A stretch of 64,000 nt of DNA. Origin: Amoebidium appalachense (taxonomy: Eukaryota > Protista > Ichthyosporea). The stretch lies in contig CAVNZM010000001.1 in assembly GCA_963693365.1 (NCBI GenBank), positions 12,817,918-12,881,917 on the forward strand. The letters are read 5' to 3'. Position 1 is the stretch's first letter. Every line of letters begins with the position of its first letter. Below, piece after piece: positions 56,159-64,000 of the stretch. Under the pieces are notes generated by a model, which was not told the origin of the DNA, made no database searches, and worked only from the letters and a program-made list of their open reading frames with translations. The position numbers and the translations under genes were made by a program.

Positions 56159-56697
56159 TCAGGGCGATCCCCCCGTCTGCTTGGCCCTGGTGTGCCGCAG
56201 CCTAGCCTTTGCTGCCGTTGCCGGGGATCCCGACTGGCCCCTGGCGCTCTGGCTGCGTGTGCACCGTGCCCCCGGTGCGCCACTGGCCGGGCTGGTTGCG
56301 GCCCCATGCTTCTGCCGCAGGGCACGCCCACTGGGGGGTGCCTGGGCAGCCTCTGGGGCCTTGGTCCGCTTGGCTGCCCTGCCCCGTGCAGCCTGCCTGC
56401 GCTTGGTCCTGCTGCTGGGGGGCTGGCTGGCTGGCGTGGTCGTAGCCTGTGGCAGGGCCCTGGTTGGCGTGTCTGCACGGGGGGGGCTGGCAGGCACGGC
56501 CCCAACCCCTCCATTATCCGTGCTGGCCACCACTGGCTCTAATGGCCCGTCCTGGGCCGGCAGCCCTGCGGCCGGGGGTGGGGTGGTGGGGCCAGGGGCC
56601 TGCTGGGGCTGGCCGGCAGAAGAGGCCAGCACCAGAACGGTGGCCATCAGGGCACACTCCAGCACCTGCGGGTGCACCCCATGCACGTGTGTGTGGT

Positions 56698-56761
<64 letters not shown>

Positions 56762-57960
56762 TGTGCGACCCTTGTCAATCCGTGTCCTCGGCAGTGCCCC
56801 AGCCATACGGCACTGGGCCCATGCTGCAGCCACCTACCGCAACCGGGCGCAGAGGAAACACTCTGCAGTCGGGTGTGCCTGCGCCTGGCCGGGTCCTCTC
56901 CACCCCCACGTGGCCCAGCAGCTGCTGCGGGTTGGTGGGGGTGGCCACCCCAAGGGGTGCAGCCACGCAGTGCCAGGCCGGGCCAGCTAGGCCCAGCCGG
57001 GCCACGGTACTGTTTGGCCCGTGGGGCTGCAGCGCCTGAAGGGGATGGTCGGGGCTGGCCAGGGCCCGGGCCAGTGCTGGCAGGGCCTGCAGCAGGCTGG
57101 CTGCAGGCACGGAGCAGGCGGCATGGTGCACGTGCAGCACCAGCACATGCACAGCCCCCCCTCCAGCAACGGCCACCACCAGCACCTGGCCGTCGCCCAC
57201 CCCGTGCACGTGCAAGCCCCCCCCACCCGCCGGCACGGCCTGCAGCCACCTGAAGGGCCCCCATCAGTGCCCACTTTGTTTACGGCCAGTGCCCTGTGCC
57301 CGGGCAGGGCCGCACCTGTCGGCCCGGTCGGTGCAGTTTGTGTAGGTCACGACCAGCCCCCCCGCTGCCAGCTCTTGGACGGCTGCCGCGGCCGTGGCCT
57401 GGGCCGTGAGCAGCGCCTGCAGCGACAGGCCCAGGTCCAGGCACACGGCCGGCAGGGGCCCGTCCCTGACCACCCGCCGGGGACAGGGCGGTGCCGGTGG
57501 TGGAGGCAGGGAGCGGGCGGCGGGCACCTGTGGCGCAGCCTGGGTGGGTGGCGGCGGTGGCTGCTTCTTGGCGGGTGGGCGGCGCTTTGGAAGGCGGTGG
57601 GTGGGCTGGGGGAAGGGCCTGGGGTGCTGTGGGCCACGGTGCAGGGCCAGGGGGGCAAAGGGCAGCTGCAGCACGGGCAGCTGCAGGGGCCGAGGCACCC
57701 AGGCCGGCTGCAGGCAGGCCGTCAGTGGGGGCGGGGCCACATAGGCCAGCCAGGGCTGCTACTCACCTGCCGTGGGCCCCCAGGCAGCGGTGGCGGCGGA
57801 AAACTGGCCCAGGGGTTCTGCAGGCAATGAAGAGGGGTGGGTGAGAAGGTGGGTGGTGGTGGTAAGGGTTCTGAGCTGCTAGCGTGGCGGCACACGTGTC
57901 TCCGTGTTGTATGTAGCCGTGTGGTGAGTGTGCCGCCCTGCCAGTAATAGCTCTGGTCTT
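56159..57960 (-). CDS. Probable spliced gene of unknown function (Pro/Ala-rich, basic C-terminus); 5' end not located
   Basis: Large GC-rich exon-like blocks; acceptor CCGCAG|GTGCTGGAG at ~56665 after a (CA)n intron; stop at 56159. Confidence 0.45.
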
Positions 57961-58023
57961 GCCATTTGCAGGTGTGTCTTTGGGCAATCGTAAACCTGCC
58001 TGTGTGCATGCAGCACACACACA

Positions 58024-58102
<79 letters not shown>

Positions 58103-58342
58103 CCACGTACACTATCTCTCCCTCTGTTTGTGTGTGTGTGTGTGTACGTGTGTGTGCGTGCGTCCGTGCGTGCATGTGACGTGTGGAGTGTACCCGTGTG
58201 TGTGTGTGAGTACCTGGCCACGGCGCTGTGCCATGTTGTCGACTCGACGTGTGGGCCGTGGGCACTGCTGGGGTCAGCTGTGTGCTTTGTTTGAGGGCTG
58301 TGCCTGCACTAGAAGCGCCGTACTTTAGCTCAATTTGCGCCA

Positions 58343-58461
58343 CTCTAAAGGCACTGTACTATGAGCTCTAAAGGCACTATACTATTAGCTCTAAAGGCAC
58401 TATACTGTTAGCTCTAAAGGCACTATACTATTAACTCTAAAGGCACTATACTATGAGCTCT
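58343..58461. repeat. 23-bp minisatellite x5
   Basis: Unit CTCTAAAGGCACTATACTATTAG. Confidence 0.9.
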
Positions 58462-59026
58462 ATTGGCGCCATACTATCATTTTCTTCCCCAGTATATTGT
58501 CTATAGGCCTATTCCTACTTTTTTATTGTTTTACACACGACGTATTCCTACTTTTTTTTATTGTTTTACACAAGTCTGCGTATGGTTTCGCTCTGCCGGC
58601 ACCGTGTTTGGTTTTGCTTTATCAACCGGGAGTCACTGGCAGTGTGTAGCCTACATGCTCTTTTCGATTTTAGTGGTTCCCTTTACCTCTTCGGGCACTC
58701 GTCTAGTGATACAGTGTATGCATAAGTCTCTGGCTGCCCTGACACGGTGAGAGCTTCCGCCAACTGCCTTTAAATGGACCGTGGAGTCTTTACAGGTTCT
58801 TGGAGCGGGAAAAAAATACACTGCTGGGACTCAACCCGAGGTCACGGCCATCTAGAAACACCGCCGTGCCCGAGGTTTACAACGTCCTCTCAGCTTTTTG
58901 AGCCGGGGGGTGGCTGGGCAGGTGGGTGGGGTGGAGGTGGTTGTGACCGGTGGTGGTGGTGGTGGGGGTAAGCGGGTTTGCTTTTTGTGTGCCGTGTGCT
59001 TGGGGAGAGATGATGTGAGATGGGGT

Positions 59027-59153
<127 letters not shown>

Positions 59154-59367
59154 GGGAGGGAGGGAGGGAGGGAGGGAGGGAGGGAGGGAGGGAGGGAGGG
59201 AGGGAGGGAGGGAGGGAGGGGAGGGGGGAGGGAGGGAGGGAGGGAGGGAAGGAGGGATAGAGAGGGAGAGAGAGAGGGGGGGGGAGAGAGAGGCCTAGGC
59301 GAGAGACTGGGGGGGTTTTGAGAGGGGGGGGAGAGGGAGAGAGAGAGAGAGAGAGGAGAGGAGAGAA

Positions 59368-59399
<32 letters not shown>

Positions 59400-60054
59400 G
59401 AATGTGTGTACACACACTTGTCTCACCTCTCCCCATCCTCCGCCCTTCTCCTCTACTGTTTCTCCTGCAGCTCGTTTTAAGCTCTCTTGTGGGGGACCCT
59501 CCCCCCTCCCCCCCCCCCCCCCTTTCTCTGAGTGCAAGTGTTTAAAACATATGTGGCTTCGGCCGACTTTGCTTTGTCTCACCCTTGACTGCTACCGCTA
59601 TATTCACTAGCGCCGCCTTTTAGTAGTTGCCGGACGCCCAGAACCAGCCATAGCACCGTGAGTTGTAGGTTGGTACGACTGTGCCAACAGAACACGCTGT
59701 TCTAGTACTTCAATAACCTCCGGCCTTTTAGGGTTACTGGGGCCCTGTACAGGCTTCGCGTGTCTGGGCTCGGGGGCCTGTTGTGTGTGAGGTCACATGG
59801 TGCTGAGGACAGGGCTGGCAGCCAGACTGCCTAAGTCTGCCTCGTCGTGTGTGGATCTGTGGCCATGTCGATACATGGGGCATGCCACTACCATGGTACG
59901 AGTGAATAGGCCTGGCATGTGTTTTTGTGCGTGATGTCTCTCTCCGTGTGAATAGTGGGTGTGTTGTGTTTGAGCCATAGGTGGTGGGTCTACGTGTGGT
60001 GTTATTCAATGTTAGGAAAGAGAAAAGATGTAATGGAAAAACGGTGCTGCAATC

Positions 60055-60207
60055 ATATCAGGCAAAGAACAAACATAGCTGCACTTATATCAGGCAAAGA
60101 ACAAACAGCGGCACTTATATCAGGCAAAGAACAAACAGCGGCACTTATATCAGGCAAAGAACAAACAGCGGCACTTATATCAGGCAAGGAACAAACAGCT
60201 GCACTTG
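60055..60207. repeat. 30-bp minisatellite x5
   Basis: Unit ATATCAGGCAAAGAACAAACAGCGGCACTT. Confidence 0.9.
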
Positions 60208-61049
60208 GTGTGCCTTGGCTGGGCGAGTGCCGTGCCATCGTCATAGTTTTGGCCGTGCTGGAAAACGAAGTAAAGCGATGCACAAACTTGAGGTAAACGC
60301 TTCTTCATCGTTTGAACATGTTCAAGCAGTGTACCGTGTCATCTGGTATCAGATGTGTGACAGCTACACGTGGCCTATATATACGCCACGTGCACACATA
60401 CGACAGTACTATGATATGTGGCCACGTGTACGCCCCCCACAAAACCATGGCCTCCATTTCTTTGGTCGCTGTGAGTGCTGCCGGTACGCCGTGGCTGTGC
60501 TCTCGGGCCTTTGTACAACAAACCTTACACTGCCGAGGCTACTTCAAGAAAAGGGCCACTTGAAAACAGCAGGCACAAGCACAGTGTGGCTGTGGCTGCA
60601 TGCTGTCTCAGCGCAGGCTGTGACCACAGTATGCATGGCCCCAGTAATGCCCCGGAAACCTCGAAAAGTATCCCTAACTTTGAGGTCACGGTAGGTTGGT
60701 TAGGTGACCAATTCTGCGTTCTAGTAATAAGAAACGGGATCATCAGTGCAATATATCAGTGCACTAATATAAAACCGCACAGAGTGTTTGGCGCGTGCAG
60801 GTCGGCAGGCAGTCACCTGCTGTAGTCACCACACCCTGTATCCGCTGGCACCGTCATAGGGCCCCCGCCACACCACGCTGCTCTACTGCCAGACACGGTG
60901 GGCCACACTCATAGGAAACTTTGAGATGATTGGGCGGGAGGCTTGCGTCATCACATTCCTAAATTTTGATGAAGTTTTTCAACCCCTGGATAACAGCCCT
61001 GATATAGTACTAGCCATTTCTTGGGCCCGCGGCCGCCCGCATGATACGG

Positions 61050-61161
<112 letters not shown>

Positions 61162-61417
61162 ACACACACATGTGCACACACTCACATGTGCGCACGCCAA
61201 GTCGCACGCCAATGTACACGCCAGCCTGCCAGCACTTTACTCTGAACAACTTGCGAGTGAACACGATTGGCCAGCTCTGCGGCAGGCGCTGATGACTGAC
61301 GCCAGTCACTAGCCGACGATCTAGATCTAGATCTCTTGAGCCAATGGATATGTACAGATACTATCCAGAATACAGTATGAGTCCACGCCTAACATACCGC
61401 CCCGACAAGGGTCGAGG

Positions 61418-63799
61418 TTTTTTTATTTTTTATTTTATTTTATCACGTTTTAGGGAAACTACCGTCTACCACACAGCACCGACAGTACACTAGTTAAGGT
61501 GCTATCTATGAGTTCAGCTAAGCTAAACCATCCTTCACAACCTAACTATAAGTACACACTTTGCCCAGGGCTACTACCCCAGCCACGCCGGCAGGAGGCT
61601 CCAGTCCTCCCCTCCATTCAAAACCTAGCAATAAACGTTAACCGAGGGCTCTCATTGGTCGATCTACAGTATTGGGAAGTCCTAGGTGTTGTGTATAATA
61701 TTTACGGTGGGTATGGGTGGATGATGGGGTGTGGTGGTGGTGGTGGTGGGGGGTTGCTGCCTAACATTATGTGTTGGTGTACATATGTTGTGGCGATGTT
61801 TTTGTGGACTAAAAGGTGGGTTTTACAGGGCACACCGGGTCTGTGTGTGTTCCGGCAGTCAGAACAGGCCGGCCGGGTGTGTGTGGGGGTTGTATATTTG
61901 TTGGTGTTTTGGGTTTTTGGAGAGCCATACTTTTCTTTCTACGGGTGGTGGGTATATGGTGGTGTTTTTGCATTTTGGGGTGGGTGGGAGGGAGTGTTGT
62001 GTTCCGTGGGTGCCAAATTTTTGAAAAGAAAAAGGATTGCAACTCTACTGTGATTTTTCCTAAAATGGCCCGGGTGGTGGTCTTGGTGGTGCCGGTGGCT
62101 GCAAGTAGTGGGCCCACCGATCGTGGGCAGAATCCCCGTTCGACCCACTTGGTGTCTTCGGGGTCAGGTGGGTCACCGTTGCCTCCTATCCAGTTTATCC
62201 ATGCACATTGGTCTACCACCGTGGCTGCCGTATGGTGATGCTGTGCCGTGGGGGTGTTTGGATGACGAGTGTGCAGGACGTTGTTTGTGGATGCAGGCTG
62301 TGATGGCGGTGGTCAGGGTGGGGACTTCCCCGGCATGGGCCGGGCAGGCCCAGAGGTGGGTGGTGGTCTCAGGGTGCTGGCTGCACCGGGGGCATGTGGG
62401 CTGTGTAACGACGGTGGGGTGATCTCGGTGTAGCCGTGCCATGGTAGGCAGCCTGAGGGTGCCCATGGCCAGGGACAGGCTACGAGTGTTTCCTCTGACT
62501 GCGCCGATGGTTGCCTGTGTGGGCCCCTTGTTGAGCTTGAGGGGGTTCCGTTCGGCTGGGAGCAGTCTGGGGTCGGCTAGTATGGACATAGCCTTGGTCT
62601 TGCCGGCCATGTCGGTGAGGAAGTCCTTGTTCAACCGGTTCAGTGTACCGGGAATGTTGCCGGGGATACGGTGGCCTTGTAGTCGTAGGAAGTATTTCCC
62701 CCCCCCCCCCGGGGCCGGAGGTAGGGGGGGGGGGAGGGGGAGGACTCTTCCTGCATTGGCTGCCTTGTCTGCCTCGTTATTCCGTTGACCGTACCGTTTG
62801 GTGTTGGATTGGTGCCCCTTCACCCACGATACCTGTACAGAGCCTGGTTGCCGGAGAGAGAGTTGGTCTCGTACGTGAGCCCATTCCACTATGTGGGGGA
62901 ACTTTAGCTTGCGTCGAGGGGGTGTGGTGGGGTCTATATTTGCCGTCCATCGGTCGACTACTCCGAGGTTATCGAGCTTGATGTGGATGGGGGTGGTGGT
63001 GGGGGTGAGCAGGAGGGCTAGTAGTACCCCTGTGAGTTCGGCTTGGGTGGATGATAGGGCCGTATGGAGCCTGGTCTTGGCCGTCACTGGTGGTGCTTTC
63101 CGGTCCGGGGTGTCCAGTACCGCCCCGGCTCCGGCCTGGGCTATCCTCCTGCCCGGGTGGATGAGGCTGCCGTCCGTATAAACGGTGATCGGTTGGTCTG
63201 GGGGGATCAGGGTGATTTGCTCTTGCCACTCGTCATAGGTGGCCTGGGGCACCAAGTCGGTGTAGGTGAGCCTACGGGGAGTGGGTGGGCTCGGCAGGTC
63301 AGCCGGGTGGGCCGTGCACTTGTGTCCTGGTGGTGACCCTACCGCTGGTGGCTGCTGGGGGGGGGGGGTGGGCCGGGGAGGTCCCCCGGTAAGGGTGTGG
63401 CTTCCTCGTTGGCTTGCAGGTGGAGCATCTGGGGTGATGCCTGTTGGTGGGGGGGAAGATGCCGCCGAAAATGGTGTATCTTCCTCCACTGCTCGGCCGG
63501 ATCGGAGCCATCCTTCAGTGCGATGACTTGGTAGATGTCGATACTGTCGGTGTTGATGAAGTCCTTGTGGTACTTCGGGACTACCATGTGGGTGTCGGGT
63601 CTTGAAGGCCACGTAGGGGTCTGCCCGTATCACCTCCACAGCACGGGTCCACCCCACACACTGCTTGTTGTGGGTGTGGTTATCGGCTGGGGGCTCAGGG
63701 GGCTCGTATTTGCTGTTGGTGCTGTCGGTGTTAGAGTCCTCTGAGTCGTCGGAGTCGTCGCTGGGCCCCGTCGACTCCGATTCTGGCTCCGTGTCTAAC
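61418..63799 (-). mobile_element. LINE family B copy 2 (3' half, intact RNase H and zinc finger)
   Basis: Reverse complement of ~23093-25490; YTDGSL..SSTQAEL..LDN..WVKGH..NNEAD and CPRCSQHPETTTHLWAC; T-rich tail at 61418-61442. Confidence 0.93.
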
Positions 63800-64000
63800 T
63801 GTTGTTTTGTACGGGTCTAAGGGAGCAGAGTGCACAGAGGTGTCATGTAAAAACACGACTAACACATTAATGAGAGGGCAATCGGAGTTGTTCACGAGAC
63901 ATTGAAAGATTTCAAACAACAACTGAATCTTTATTGTGCTCTCGGTTCCTTTTGTACTTGCGACTTATCACCTTATCACAACTAAAGAGGGAGAACCAAT
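63800..64000 (-). mobile_element. Probable LTR end interrupting LINE B copy 2
   Basis: LINE homology stops abruptly at TGTTG (63800); AATAAA on the minus strand at ~63930; AT-rich. Confidence 0.4.

Noticed and set aside
57879-58343. MAQIELKY.. as first exon of the 56-58 kb gene
   Set aside because: It starts at GTG within a degenerate unit of the adjacent 23-bp repeat
59735-60915. Gene in the 59.7-60.9 kb region
   Set aside because: No coherent exon chain or recognisable protein; the long ORF depends on the 30-bp repeat
61288-61315. Hammerhead ribozyme (CTGATGA plus hairpin)
   Set aside because: No GAAA core or stem I/III partners; the 52583 motif also lacks the core

Overview
Eukaryotic, intron-rich, GC-rich genomic DNA with introns full of poly-G/poly-C and (CA)n. 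It is most consistent with a unicellular holozoan, possibly an ichthyosporean (inference). Five host genes are recognisable: HRD1/SYVN1 (381-4542 +), BRMS1L/Sds3-family (11391-15955 -), COQ9 (38615-41228 +), SEPSECS (45526-48030 +) and an intronless GCLM (50804-51604 +). Three further spliced genes are probable but unidentified. The 22 kb between the divergent BRMS1L and COQ9 starts is a nest of mobile elements: a DIRS RT/RNase H fragment, LTR fragments, a chromovirus 3' end, two head-to-head copies of an APE-type LINE (family A), an RNase H-bearing LINE (family B) inserted into one of them with a 15-bp TSD, and a TIR element carrying LINE A, which itself carries a three-LTR chromodomain gypsy element. 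Most notable: (1) a U12-type AT-AC intron in BRMS1L; (2) gypsy gag and pol in one frame, separated by a single UGA followed by a ~120-nt RNA structure (readthrough candidate), with RT replaced by a third LTR; (3) family-specific avoidance of CGC/GCG CpGs, suggesting trinucleotide-specific methylation; (4) a LINE preceded by a copy of its own 3' end. Most ORFs in the supplied track are microsatellite artefacts. All calls come from reading the sequence; no searches were run.
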